Positions 14,912 to 27,159 of a DNA stretch of 64,000 bases are shown here, piece after piece (positions within the stretch are counted from its first letter, which is position 1; every line of letters starts with the position of its first letter). Below the pieces are notes generated by a model. The model saw nothing but the letters and a program-made list of their open reading frames with translations. It was not told where the DNA came from and ran no database searches. The position numbers and the translations under genes are program-made. This DNA is from Eledone cirrhosa (lineage: Eukaryota), in the NCBI GenBank assembly GCA_964016885.1, contig OZ024750.1, positions 45,694,001 through 45,758,000 on the forward strand. Direction: 5' to 3'.

Positions 14912-15181
14912 GTGTTATATTCATTGTTCCTCCTGTTGTGTTGTATGTCTACGCCATTTTTTTTGTTCAGTCTGTCTATATATTTATTTATTTATTTGCT
15001 TGTTTGTTTATCTTATTTTATTTTGTCTTCTTTGCGCATGCGTTTGCGTGTGTGTATAGTGTTATGTGTGATGTGTGACTAGTGTGTATAGTGTTGTGTC
15101 TGCTGGGTGACTAGTGTGTGTTTATGTGCTTGGGTATGTATTTATTTATCTTATTTTATTTAATTTAATTTACTTATTTAT

Positions 15182-16975
15182 TTATACTTCTCTTAGGTCA
15201 GTGTTGTTTGTTTGGGTGTTGTTGTTGTTCCACTCATTCTTTCTGTTTAGCTTTGGTCTTCTAATTTCTATTTCACTGGCCTCTCTGATTTGCCTATCTG
15301 CTGGGTCATTCCTATGTTTAGATATTATTCTAATTTCTATGTTGTCTATGTTACCGTCATGTTGTTGTCTAGCATGTTCGTATAGTACTGACCCGTTTTT
15401 TCGTCCTTTTAGTTCCCCCCAGTGTTGGTCTATCCTTTCACCTATGCTACGAGCTGTCTCACCTATGTATGTTGTTGTCGTGTTTCTGCAAGTACCCTCT
15501 GTACATCTTATGCTATAGACTACGCTTCTAGTTTTACAGTTTATCCGGGGGTTCACCTTACATATGATACATTTCCTATTGGTACAGTGGGTTTTCTTAA
15601 AAGGGTAGGTTTTGCTGATCAGGGATTTTATGGTGGTTCCTGGCTTTTCTACCACCTTTATTTTTAAGTGGGTCTTTCTCAGGGCCTTTCTACACTGGTT
15701 AGCTAATTTCCCTCCAGGGGTGGCGTCCACAAACATGACACTCTGATATCTCTGGTTGTCGTACCATGATGTGGCCTTCCCTATCTTATGTCTAGCCCTA
15801 TCTAAGCTATTCCATGATTTGCTCCTGTATAGTGGGCAAATTCCTTTCATGTCCAGTTCTATGAGGGTCTTATACTTTTCCATGGCTCCTTCGTATACTC
15901 TGACTCTGTCTCTTTGGTTGTAGCCAGAGAACTGCATGCGGTTGATGAAGTGTTGGATGTGTCCTTCCATTTCTGTTGGGTCGCACATGCTGGACACATT
16001 CTTCATCACTCGTACCAAATCTGCGATCAGAATATTAAACTTAGCACTACTGGACATTGCTGAGTTTTTGAGTATCAGGTATTTGGAGGCCATGGGTTTA
16101 GCACAGTGTGAGTGGAGAATTTGGGCTCTCTCGTCTATAGTGTTAATCCAGAGTTCTGTGTCTAATACAGGTAGTCTATTGTTAGGGTGTTTGGAAGGGA
16201 AGTCTATAGTTACAGTTATACTCTGGTGTATGGAATTAGCTATCTGCTGGATGCTTTCCATCGTGCTACGTTCTAAATCAAACTTGTTAGTGCTCTCTAG
16301 TGGGGGTGTTCTTATAGCTATATTGATATCGTCTACATAACGAGAGTACATGATGAGGTCTATGGAGCTTTCATTAAGGAGATATTTAAGTCTCCTTTTC
16401 CACCATACCATGAAAAGGTTGGCAACATCACCAGCTATGCTGACGCCGATGGCTGCTCCCTCATTTTGGGTGTAGATTTTCTCATTGAACTTAAATATGT
16501 GGCCCTTTAGGGTAGTTTTGATACTAGCCCCTATTGCATGTGCGACCATTTTTCTTACCTGATCAGTGTTTTGGGGGGTCCGTATAGCTTTGGTCCACCC
16601 AATCCACCTTCCTATGGGAGTCTTTTTAGCCATTGAGGTTATGGTGGGGGGTCTACCTCTTATAGGTCTACTAGGGCAGAAACATCTAAGGTCATGGCTG
16701 TCTAGGTAGTCAGTGTCGTAGGTAAGTCTAAGTAGGAGGCCCAGTTCGTCTGTGTCGACGTCGCAGAACTCCACCTCACTCTCAATGATCATCTCCACAC
16801 ATCTTTTCACAGCAAAATCAATGTTAATGGATGGGTACAATGACACCACATCCATGCTGCCTATTATGCAGTTGGATAGGCTCCTGTTTTTGTTGCACTC
16901 ACTGATTCTGCTGAGGAGGTCCTCTGTACTTTCACATACATCTGGGGACATCTTGATTATGGGGCGTATAACCAT
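15182..16975 (-). CDS. PLE reverse transcriptase + Cys-rich linker + GIY-YIG endonuclease (N-terminally truncated)
   Basis: IGSMDVVSLYPSI, GAAIGVSIAGDVANLFMVWW, YSRYVDDI, LPVLDTELW; CTNRKCIIC; VVYSIRC...YIGETARSIGERIDQH...RQIREASEI...LNRKNEW. An in-frame TAA lies just upstream of the annotated start. Confidence 0.9.
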   Translation of the reverse strand: MVIRPIIKMSPDVCESTEDLLSRISECNKNRSLSNCIIGSMDVVSLYPSINIDFAVKRCVEMIIESEVEFCDVDTDELGLLLRLTYDTDYLDSHDLRCFCPSRPIRGRPPTITSMAKKTPIGRWIGWTKAIRTPQNTDQVRKMVAHAIGASIKTTLKGHIFKFNEKIYTQNEGAAIGVSIAGDVANLFMVWWKRRLKYLLNESSIDLIMYSRYVDDINIAIRTPPLESTNKFDLERSTMESIQQIANSIHQSITVTIDFPSKHPNNRLPVLDTELWINTIDERAQILHSHCAKPMASKYLILKNSAMSSSAKFNILIADLVRVMKNVSSMCDPTEMEGHIQHFINRMQFSGYNQRDRVRVYEGAMEKYKTLIELDMKGICPLYRSKSWNSLDRARHKIGKATSWYDNQRYQSVMFVDATPGGKLANQCRKALRKTHLKIKVVEKPGTTIKSLISKTYPFKKTHCTNRKCIICKVNPRINCKTRSVVYSIRCTEGTCRNTTTTYIGETARSIGERIDQHWGELKGRKNGSVLYEHARQQHDGNIDNIEIRIISKHRNDPADRQIREASEIEIRRPKLNRKNEWNNNNTQTNNTDLREV

Positions 16976-17106
16976 TGAGAGGAATTAGGAGATCCTGTAG
17001 TTGCTAGCTATATTAGCTCCGCATACGGAGTGTATTAGACACAGAACTCTGGATTAACACTATAGACGAGAGAGCCCAAATTCTCCACTCACACTATGCT
17101 AAACCC

Positions 17107-18018
17107 ATGGCCTCCAAATACCTGATACTCAAAAACTCAGCAATGTCCAGTAGTGCTAAGTTTAATATTCTGATCGCAGATTTGGTACGAGTGATGAAGA
17201 ATGTGTCCAGCATGTGCGACCCAACAGAAATGGAAGGACACATCCAACACTTCATCAACCGCATGCAGTTCTCTGGTTACAACCAAAGAGACAGAGTCAG
17301 AGTATACGAAGGAGCCATGGAAAAGTATAAGACCCTCATAGAACTGGACATGAAAGGAATTTGCCCACTATACAGGAGCAAATCATGGAATAGCTTAGAT
17401 AGGGCTAGACATAAGATAGGGAAGGCCACATCATGGTACGACAACCAGAGATATCAGAGTGTCATGTTTGTGGACGCCACCCCTGGAGGGAAATTAGCTA
17501 ACCAGTGTAGAAAGGCCCTGAGAAAGACCCACTTAAAAATAAAGGTGGTAGAAAAGCCAGGAACCACCATAAAATCCCTGATCAGCAAAACCTACCCTTT
17601 TAAGAAAACCCACTGTACCAATAGGAAATGTATCATATGTAAGGTGAACCCCCGGATAAACTGTAAAACTAGAAACGTAGTCTATAGCATAAGATGTACA
17701 GAGGGTACTTGCAGAAACACGACAACAACATACATAGGTGAGACAGCTCGTAGCATAGGTGAAAGGATAGACCAACACTGGGGGGAACTAAAAGGACGAA
17801 AAAACGGGTCAGTACTATACGAACATGCTAGACAACAACATGACGGTAACATAGACAACATAGAAATTAGAATAATATCTAAACATAGGAATGACCCAGC
17901 AGATAGACAAATCAGAGAGGCCAGTGAAATAGAAATTAGAAGACCAAAGCTAAACAGAAAGAATGAGTGGAACAACAACAACACCCAAACAAACAACACT
18001 GACCTAAGAGAAGTATAA
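17107..18018 (+). pseudogene. Inverted duplicate of the C-terminal 303 aa of the PLE 2 ORF
   Basis: Protein is identical to the end of 15182..16975 except TRSVV/TRNVV. Confidence 0.9.
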
Positions 18019-18288
18019 ATAAATAAGTAAATTAAATTAAATAAAATAAGATAAATAAATACATACACAAGCACATAAACACACACTAGTCACCCAGCAG
18101 ACACAACACTATACACACTAGTCACACATCACACATAACACTATACACACACGCAAACGCATGAGCAAAGAAGACAAAATAAAATAAGATAAACAAACAA
18201 GCAAATAAATAAATAAATATATAGACAGACTGAACAAAAAAAATGGCGTAGACATACAACACAACAGGAGGAACAATGAATATAACAC

Positions 18289-18327
18289 CACTGACGATGT
18301 TGCAGATGTGCAACGAAAGATTTATGT
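18289..18327 (+). ncRNA. Minimal hammerhead motif in the inverted arm of PLE 2
   Basis: CA-CTGACGA-T-GTTGCA(gatg)TGCAAC-GAAA-GATT-TA-TG: intact core, 6-bp stem II, short stem I. Confidence 0.65.
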
Positions 18328-18536
18328 AAATTATGTAAACTATATATATATGTGTTTGTCTATATTGTATCTGTATTATTTTTGACCGCCGGTCAGTCAA
18401 TAGCAACATTGAGGACCGAGTAAGTTAGATCGCAGATATATATATATAAAAGACAGCGAGAAGCGAAAACCAACCAAACAGTGAGTGTGTTCTGTTATTA
18501 ATTCTGGCAATATTACGCAAATATGACCCTCCCCAA

Positions 18537-18602
<66 letters not shown>

Positions 18603-18674
18603 ATAATAATAAATTTGAAGACTAAAATCCAAAGCAGGCTCGATAAGGATAGATATATATAATAATAATAATAA

Positions 18675-18782
18675 TAATTGTTTCTACTTTAGGCACAAGG
18701 CCAGCAATTACCCAGTGCATTACTGGTACTTTATTTTATCGACCCCGTAAGGATGAACGGCAAAGTCAACCCCGGCCGGAAT
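18675..18782 (-). mobile_element. SINE 3' part
   Basis: TTTCTACTTTAGGCACAAGGCCAGCAATT...ATCGACCCCGTAAGGATGAA, same family as 4955-5433. Confidence 0.7.
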
Positions 18783-18795
18783 TAATAATAATAAT

Positions 18796-18838
<43 letters not shown>

Positions 18839-19154
18839 AGTTAGAGAGAACAATATTGTGTAAAATTGTATTGTGCTGGACAGTCTTGCCAATCCGCTAT
18901 GGGTCAACTCGTCCTCTGGTAAATTCGTAGAAAGTTTAAATCAGAAGTTACTATAACGAATTGATATGGCGACGAATCCATCGTTTACGAAATGTCCTAC
19001 AGCCGTGCCAGACATGCAAAATATATTAGAAAATTCAGACATGTATTTTATATAAATACTCAAATTAACATAGTATTCGACTGGGAATTTATCACATTAG
19101 CCTTCTCCCAATTTTACCTCCCATTCTCCCAAATTTCAGCTGATAGTTTAAAAT

Positions 19155-19280
19155 CCCTAAGGACAGACACCGGTCTCTTGGAGACGCAGGACATGGCAGC
19201 GATGATGTGGGACAGAAACGGCTGGAGAGAACTCGTCCATCGATCTCGGGAATTTTACCCACCCTAGATAGATAGATAGT
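19155..19280 (+). mobile_element. RTE-clade LINE extreme 3' end with (GATA)n tail
   Basis: Encodes LRTDTGLLETQDM..., matching the C-terminus at 27160-27275. Confidence 0.65.
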
Positions 19281-19989
19281 TTAAAAGCTAATGCATCTAA
19301 TATTTCACATTGCTACTACACTAAGAATATGTCTAAGATTACATTTTCTACCACATGGTCCACTCTCATCAATTCTAAATCATGTGATGGTACATCACCC
19401 CATATCTCCTTAACCTCCGCATTGCAAATTTCGACAACGTTGTTCTGCGGGAAAGAAATTTACTGGTTCATATATTAATTGAAGCTATACCCCCGACATA
19501 ACTAAACCCCAAAACAGAAAACGGTGGAGGTTATTAAAGAAGGGATTCCTCTGTTGGGAGTAAAAAGGCCCTGGATTGAATATTAATTGCCGGAAATTAT
19601 TATAAATTTGAGTATTTTATGACAAGGAAACGTATATAATCATGGCTGTGTGTTTAAGAAGACTGATTTGCAAATATATAGTTTCGGTTTCGAAGCCATT
19701 GTGTGACACACGAATCAAATGTTGGCTACCAAAACCTGTGTTGAACGATGCACAATAGATAAAATTCATGAAACAGAACCAATATGGAAGAATGGCGGAG
19801 GGATTGTTCTTGTATGTGATTGATATATTTAATCCGTTACCCGCTGTAATCCCTCACAGGGTACCTATGGGCGTCCACTCTGTTGCAAGCATTCTGGACA
19901 GGAAACTGTCCAGAATGCTTGCAACAGAGTGGATAACTTCCTCCCATATTCCCTATTCTCACGGACTCCCGCAACCGCAAATCATAATG

Positions 19990-20133
19990 ATTTCTAGTTT
20001 AGGCACAAGGCCAATAATTTGGAGGGAGGGGAAAGCCGATTAAATCGACCCCAGTACGTTGCTAGTGTTTTCACTCCGTAAGGATGAAAGGCAAAGTTGA
20101 ACTCAGACCGTGAAGGATCGTAACTCTATGCCG
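19990..20133 (-). mobile_element. SINE
   Basis: AGGCACAAGGCC...ATCGACCCCAGTAC...GTAAGGATGAAAGGCAAAG...GAACTCAG...ACTGCCAAT. Confidence 0.65.
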
Positions 20134-20593
20134 CAAAATATGCTGTCCGACCCTCTAGCGATACTGCCAATCTAAATCATAATGGACGTTGTTCGTTTGT
20201 ATCTGGCTAAAGACATTAAAATACTAGATGCAACTGAAATACGCATAAGATCTCAATAAAGGACATTTGCATAGTATAATGAATAGATAGGTAGGCTGAC
20301 ATCTGGACATATTCAAGGCAGATGAGATATGTAATTCATGCATAAATTATGGCTGCACACTCTGCTAAAAGTGTTGCAATCGCTTGTCAGAATATAGAAA
20401 TGGTATACTTTCAGGCTATGACCAGCCACACGAACCTGTAACATATCCTGAACAGGCAATGCTTGTGCTTTGAAGGTTTTTTAAATGAGTAAAGGCCTTG
20501 CACTCGACCAATCCCACTCTCTGAGAATCGAAAACACAACCCGAAAAGGAAAATATATATATATATACATACATATATACATACGTACATATA

Positions 20594-20877
20594 TGGTGGC
20601 TGCCAACTCGTTTTCGAGTATTCATCGTTTTCACCGTTTTCACCGATGCGCTGAACGAGTGTGACGTTTTAGTCCAGCCAGCGACTTGAAAACTCTGGTA
20701 CAAACACTACACTTGTGACAATTATTGACATATAGTGCTGGGCCCATGGTACCATGTGATGACAAGTGCAGAGAGATCTCCAGATATAAAGCAATGCCTG
20801 TGCCGTGAAGCTTTTATAGTGAACAAAGGCACTGCACACAGCCAGTCCCACTCTCTTAACCAAGATGATATGTTGAC
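20594..20877 (-). mobile_element. 3' part of the 610-bp repeat family
   Basis: Reverse complement of ~24800-25092 with an internal deletion. Confidence 0.8.
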
Positions 20878-20933
20878 GTACATATATACATACATATATA
20901 CATACATACACATATACACACACACATACACAC

Positions 20934-20991
<58 letters not shown>

Positions 20992-20996
<5 letters not shown>

Positions 20997-21500
20997 TGAA
21001 GATGTCTGTCTGTGTGTGTGTGTGAATTTGAATCCCTAAAACTCGAGAAGCACCCAACCGACTGTTTTCAAACTTTACACATATAATATTTATGTTTCAG
21101 GGAGTGTTCTTCACAAAGAATATTTCAAATTTTCAATGATATAGGGACCGTATTAGGCGATTTAGCGATCTCTCTCTATCATTCTTAGTCTTTCTCTTTT
21201 TAGATAGATACATACATATAACGTCGCGCCCTGATAATATCTGTCTGTATTTCTGGCTGTCTGCTGCCTCCGGTTATTCTACCACCCTTGCTCAAGACAT
21301 ATCTCACACTCATTCCCCAAACAGTTGGTAAGTGCACCCAACTTTTTCCTCACGTTTTAAGCCACAGTGTTGCTTACTTACGTACCACCAGACCCTTACT
21401 TCTTTGCCAGCCGTGGTTGCGGCAATACTAAGCTTAGCTAAGGCGGTTAGTTATATATTTCACAATAACTTATCCCGTGCAACGCCGGGTACCACTGCTA

Positions 21501-21501
<1 letters not shown>
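20992..21501 (+). mobile_element. Non-autonomous Helitron-like element
   Basis: 3' end CCCGTGCAACGCCGGG hairpin, then TACCACTG-CTAG|T. The 5' end has TATATAAAA followed by a GTCT/GT microsatellite. Confidence 0.65.
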
Positions 21502-21534
<33 letters not shown>

Positions 21535-22209
21535 TCATTCATACATACTGGCATACTATTGTATATATGTGTGCTTTTGTGTATATAAATAGAGAGATAT
21601 AGAGAAAGAAAGAAAGTGAGAAAGACGCAGAGAGTGAAGGAACGAGATAATTAGATAAATAGATGGATAGATAGATATGTACTAATGTACAAATACCCAT
21701 TATGAGAATGTTTGACACGAAATATTGGATACCACCAATAAATATGAATAAATTAATTGAAAACTAAATGATATTGTTCGCACCAATTAAATCATCTTTA
21801 ACACCTAATATCATTGACCCTGCATTTAAACCGCCTCCACGCCACCTCACCAAGCTTACTTCCAAATGTACCTTTACATCCTTCTTAGTCATAAGAGTAT
21901 TAGTTGTTATCAAAGAGACGCTGTCGGTGCAATAATAACAGATTAGAGAGTTGTGTGCCTTAAAGTATGTAAGTCCAGTTACATCTTGTGTTGAAATCTG
22001 ACTGGATCGAGAAACTAATAAGCATCCATGTTTTGGTGCTGTATGCTGTTGGGTGAATCATTAGAACATTGGATAATTCCCACTCGTGAAATTAACGTGT
22101 GAAGCGACCGAATGAGTATTTGACAGACACGTGCACCCTTATCCTAATTCAGGGGCTGAACTAACGGGAAACAATGTCACAAAAGTGTATGTTTAAATTA
22201 CACGTAGAG

Positions 22210-23315
22210 TGCGGAGAGAAAGACAGGGAGAAAGAGTGAGAAAGGGAGAGAGAAAGGGAGATGAAGAGAGAGAGAGAAATAGTGAGAAAGAGAGAGAAAG
22301 GGAGATGAAGAGAGAGAGAAATAGTGAGAAAGGGAGAGAAAGGGAGATGAAGAGAGAGAAAGGGAGATGAAGAGAGAGAGAGAAAGAGTGAGTAAGAGAG
22401 AGTAAGGGAGATGAAGAGAGAGAGAGAAAGAGTGACAAAGACAGAGAAAGGGAGATGAAGAAAGAGAGATAAATAACGAAAGAGAGAGAGAGAAAGAATG
22501 AGAAAGACGGAGAAAAGGAGATGAAGAGAGAGAAAGGGAGAGAAAGACGGAGAGAAAGAGTGAGAAAGAGAGAGAAAAAGAGAGGTAGAGAAAGAAAGGG
22601 AGATGAAGACGGAGAGAAAGGGTGAGAAAGAGAGAGAAAAGGAGAGGAAGAGAGAGAAAGAAAGCAAAAACGAAAACGAAATAGAGATTGTGAGAGATAG
22701 AGATAGAGATAAAGACAGGGAAATCAAAAGCTAAAACGAATGAGAGAGATAGAGAGGGTGGGAGAGGGAGGTGGAGAGGGGGAGATAGAGGAGGAGAGGG
22801 AGGGAGGGAGGGGGAGAGAGGGAGGGGGATATATATAGAGATAGAGATAAAGACAGAGAAATCAAAAACTAAAACGAATGAGAGAGAGAGAGAAGTGTGA
22901 GGGAAGGGGAGAGGTGGGAGAGAGAGAGAGGGAGAGGGAGAGAGGGAGGGTGAGAGAGATAGAGATAGAGATAGAGATAAAGACAGAGAAATCAAAAACT
23001 AAAACGAAAGAGAGAGAGAGAGGGGGGTGGGAGGGAAGGGGAAAGGTGGGAGAGATAGAGGGAGAGGGAGAGAGGGAGGGTGAGAGATATAGAGATAGAG
23101 ATAGAGATAAAGACAGAGAAATCAAAAACTAAAACGAAAGAGAGAGAGAGAGAGGTGGGAGGGAGAGAGGGAGAGGGAGAGAGGGAGGGTGAGAGATATA
23201 AAGATAGAGATAGAGATAAAGACAGAGAAATCAAAAGCTAAAACGAAAGAGAGAGAGAGAGAGGGGGGGAGAGAGGGGGGAGAGAGAGAGAGTCAGAGAG
23301 AAATAGAAAGAAAGA
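22210..23315. repeat. (GA)-rich compound repeat with ~110-180-bp recurring units (GATAAAGACAGAGAAATCAAAAACTAAAACGAA)
   Basis: Five recurrences of the anchor between 22705 and 23250. Confidence 0.9.
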
Positions 23316-23347
23316 AAAAGTATAATCAACGTTTGTATTATGCTATT

Positions 23348-23530
23348 TACAGTATCGATAGCGCGTCAGACACCATGCTTTGCAGCATAGAGTAATGGCC
23401 CTTTACGTTCTGTGTTCAAATACTGCCGAAGTTAATTTTGCCTTTCATCCTTACGTGGTCGAAAAAAAAAAAAGCACCGGTAATGCACTGGGGGTATGTT
23501 GCTGACCTTGCGCCTAAAGTAGAAACAATT
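23348..23530 (+). mobile_element. SINE
   Basis: GTTCAAATAC...GCCTTTCATCCTTACGTGGTCGA...GCCTAAAGTAGAAACAATTA. Confidence 0.65.
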
Positions 23531-23616
23531 ATATTTATCGACAACGAAAATAATTTTTACAAAAAGTAAAAATTGCCCTTGGTGACATTTGAACTTAGAG
23601 TTAGAGACAACCCAAA

Positions 23617-23800
23617 ATAATTGTTTCTACTTTAGGCACAAGGCCAGCAATTACCCAGTGCATTACTGGTACTTTATTTTATCGACCCCGTAAGGATGAA
23701 AGGCAAAGTTAACCTAGGCGGGATTTGAAATCAGAATGGAAAGGGCCGTAACTCTATGCGTCAAAGCATGGCGTCCGACCCTCTACCTATACTGCCAATC
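23617..23800 (-). mobile_element. SINE, inverted relative to 23348-23530
   Basis: TAATTGTTTCTACTTTAGGCAC...GGATTTGAA...ACTGCCAAT. Confidence 0.7.
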
Positions 23801-23897
23801 CAACCCCAAATAATACCGCGAGATATACCTGGATGCTGCCGTAGGGGATTTTACTTATACCTATAAACTTATACACACGCATATTTATATATATACA

Positions 23898-23977
<80 letters not shown>

Positions 23978-24126
23978 GAAAAGTATAGAAATTATTGTAG
24001 CAAGAAGCCAAAAGTATTCCATAATATATAAGTGACTATAGCGTCAAAATGGGAAAATAGTTAACGTAAGATGTGGGAAAAATAATTGAAACTTAATTCA
24101 TATATATATATATATATATATATTAT

Positions 24127-24365
24127 ATTATAAATGTAAGCTATCGCCGTATTTTGACTAAAGAAAATTATTGAGCCTGATAGTGGGGTTTAGAACCCTC
24201 GGAGAAATGGAAAAAGAAGAGTATTGACGTACATGTACGTCAATACTCTTCTTTTTCCATTTTAACCCCACTATCAGGCTCAATAATTTTCTTTAGTCAA
24301 AATACGGCGATAGCTTACATTTATAATTTCAAACTCGCTCGCTGTTTCGAAAATATTCTTACTTG
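24127..24365 (+). mobile_element. Fold-back element with a loopless centre and a one-sided tail
   Basis: 24127-24232 mirrors 24233-24327 (centre GACGTACA|TGTACGTC, ~13-bp indel). Tail 24328-24365; (TA)n flanks. Confidence 0.7.
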
Positions 24366-24482
<117 letters not shown>

Positions 24483-25089
24483 TGTCAGGTCACCAGTTGG
24501 TGCTACTGGTAACATGTATCCCAGTACAACCTGTCTCATGGTCGGGTCGTTGGCGACTAAACTGACAACCCCACCAAGGTTTCTTGGTGAGGAGGGTGAC
24601 TTTGGACATCCTGCAGGACTAAAAACAAAACCTGTAAAGGGGCAAAGGAGCTCTTAAGAGTCAATGGCCATCCAAAATCACGTGGAGAGATAACCCCTTA
24701 GCCTTTGTCAAGGCAGAATTCTAGGAGAAGGAAAACTCTGATATAGCACCTGCAACCCTGATGGTATCCAATGATGTTGACTTGTTCTTCTTTTTGGCAA
24801 ATATCATCTTGGTTAAGAGAGTGGGACTGGCTTTGTGCAGTGCCTTTGCTCACTATAAAAGCTTCACGGCACAGGCATTGCTTTATATCTGGAGATCTCT
24901 CTGCATTTGTCATCACATGGTACAATGGCCCCAGTACTATGTGTCTGTAATTGTCACAGGTGTAGTGTTTGTACCAGAGTTTTCAAGACGCTGGCTGGAC
25001 TAAAAAGTCACACTCGTTCAGCGCATCGGTGGGGGTTCTCCTACACGGATATAAAGTAGTGGCCGTACTCGAAAACGAGTTGGCAGCCA

Positions 25090-25092
<3 letters not shown>
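24483..25092 (+). mobile_element. 610-bp interspersed repeat (TG...CA), full-length
   Basis: Near-identical to 37027-37636; lies between microsatellites. Confidence 0.85.
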
Positions 25093-25148
<56 letters not shown>

Positions 25149-25429
25149 CATGTGTGTGTGAGTGTGGATGTATGTATATGGCTATATACATGAATGTATG
25201 TATATATATATTTCTCAATATAAAATGGCGTCTGTGCCTGTGTTTTCTTGGTGTATATTCATTGTTAAGTATGTATGTATGTACTGTAAGAAACAGCTTT
25301 TGTTCAGTTGATAAATAAGTTAAAATAGAAGCATTGTAACAGAATAAGTGAAATCATAATTAAATTAATGAAACATATAACGCTGGTAAACTTTCCTAAA
25401 AGATATAATTAAAAATACATTCTTGCAAT

Positions 25430-26039
<610 letters not shown>

Positions 26040-26269
26040 AGAGAGAGAGAGAGAGTGAGCGACATATATATATATGTATACATATATATAAAATAGATAA
26101 AATGTCTAAATAGAAAAAAATTTAAATTCAGATCTTAAATATATACATGTAAGTGTGCGTGTGTGTGTCTGATTTCTTTGTTCATCTTCTCATATATGTA
26201 TATATAAATGTAAGTATACATACGTGCATACACACACACACAGACACACACATTTATATATATATATAT

Positions 26270-26406
26270 GAAAAGTTTCAGGACCCCAAAGGCCGGAGCT
26301 CAGCCGTCGGGGTCCAGGACCTTTTCATATCACCCACTCTACTAACCCAAATACAGAGTACTCTGGTGCATTATGGTTCACCTGTTATCTTACCCACCCT
26401 CTTTCT

Positions 26407-26442
<36 letters not shown>

Positions 26443-26631
26443 GGAAAAGAACCAGGACCCCGACTGCTTAGCTGTAGCAACCATTTCAACAGCCAGATCT
26501 AGTTCGGATCTAGCTGTCGAAACAGCAGAAGCTCAAACGTCCTGACCGTTATCCTATTACCCATTCTACTACCCTAAGTATCGAGTACTCTGGTTCTTGA
26601 AGGTTTACCTCGTACCTTTCCACACTTTATC

Positions 26632-26637
<6 letters not shown>
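26270..26637 (+). mobile_element. Two diverged fold-back family B copies (26270-26408, 26441-26637)
   Basis: AGGACCCC..GAGCTCAGCCGTCGGGGTCC and CAGCCAGATC..GATCTAGCTGTCGAAAC, each with the CTACTA..GAGTACTCTGG..TTACC tail. Confidence 0.6.
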
Positions 26638-26716
<79 letters not shown>

Positions 26717-26955
26717 AGAATAAATGAGAATCAGTGTTGAGACGAATGGAATTTGTTAGACATATTACAATCGTTTCTTTGGCGACCAGCTCAGGTACCA
26801 TCGATGTGATGATCGAACCTGAGTCTGAAAATCGCAAGCTCCTCGGATACGTCATCATTCTACGAAGCAGATTCTCTGTGATATCATGCTCTGCTCTATG
26901 TGAGCATCGAGTGCTCAAACGGCCTACCACATACGGACGCAATAAGCATCTAACA

Positions 26956-27024
<69 letters not shown>

Positions 27025-27159
27025 ATATATATCACGATAAATTAACGGAGCCATAGATTATAGATTCCATACACTGGTGGTTTTTCTCTGTTTTATTGAT
27101 GGCACAATATCTCTCTCTAGTGTGTTACCTTTTCAACATATTGTATATTATATATTTCT

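Larger units (their letters stand above)
14611..18541 (-). mobile_element. Penelope-like retroelement 2 (probably Naiad-type), 5'-truncated, with 1.5-kb inverted 3' duplication
   Basis: 14659-16169 is the reverse complement of 17031-18541 with only a few mismatches. RT + GIY-YIG ORF. (TA)n on both sides; ~50-bp tail on the ORF-side arm only. Confidence 0.92.

Noticed and set aside
14659-18541. Long inverted repeats as pure assembly artefacts or DNA-transposon TIRs
   Set aside because: The arms carry substitutions and indels, are asymmetric in the same way in three elements, and consist of retroelement ORF/3' UTR sequence. Read-level confirmation is still advisable.
19640-19800. Old SINE head of a second family (also a possible SINE tail at ~21990-22200)
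   Set aside because: Resemblance from memory only; too decayed to delimit.
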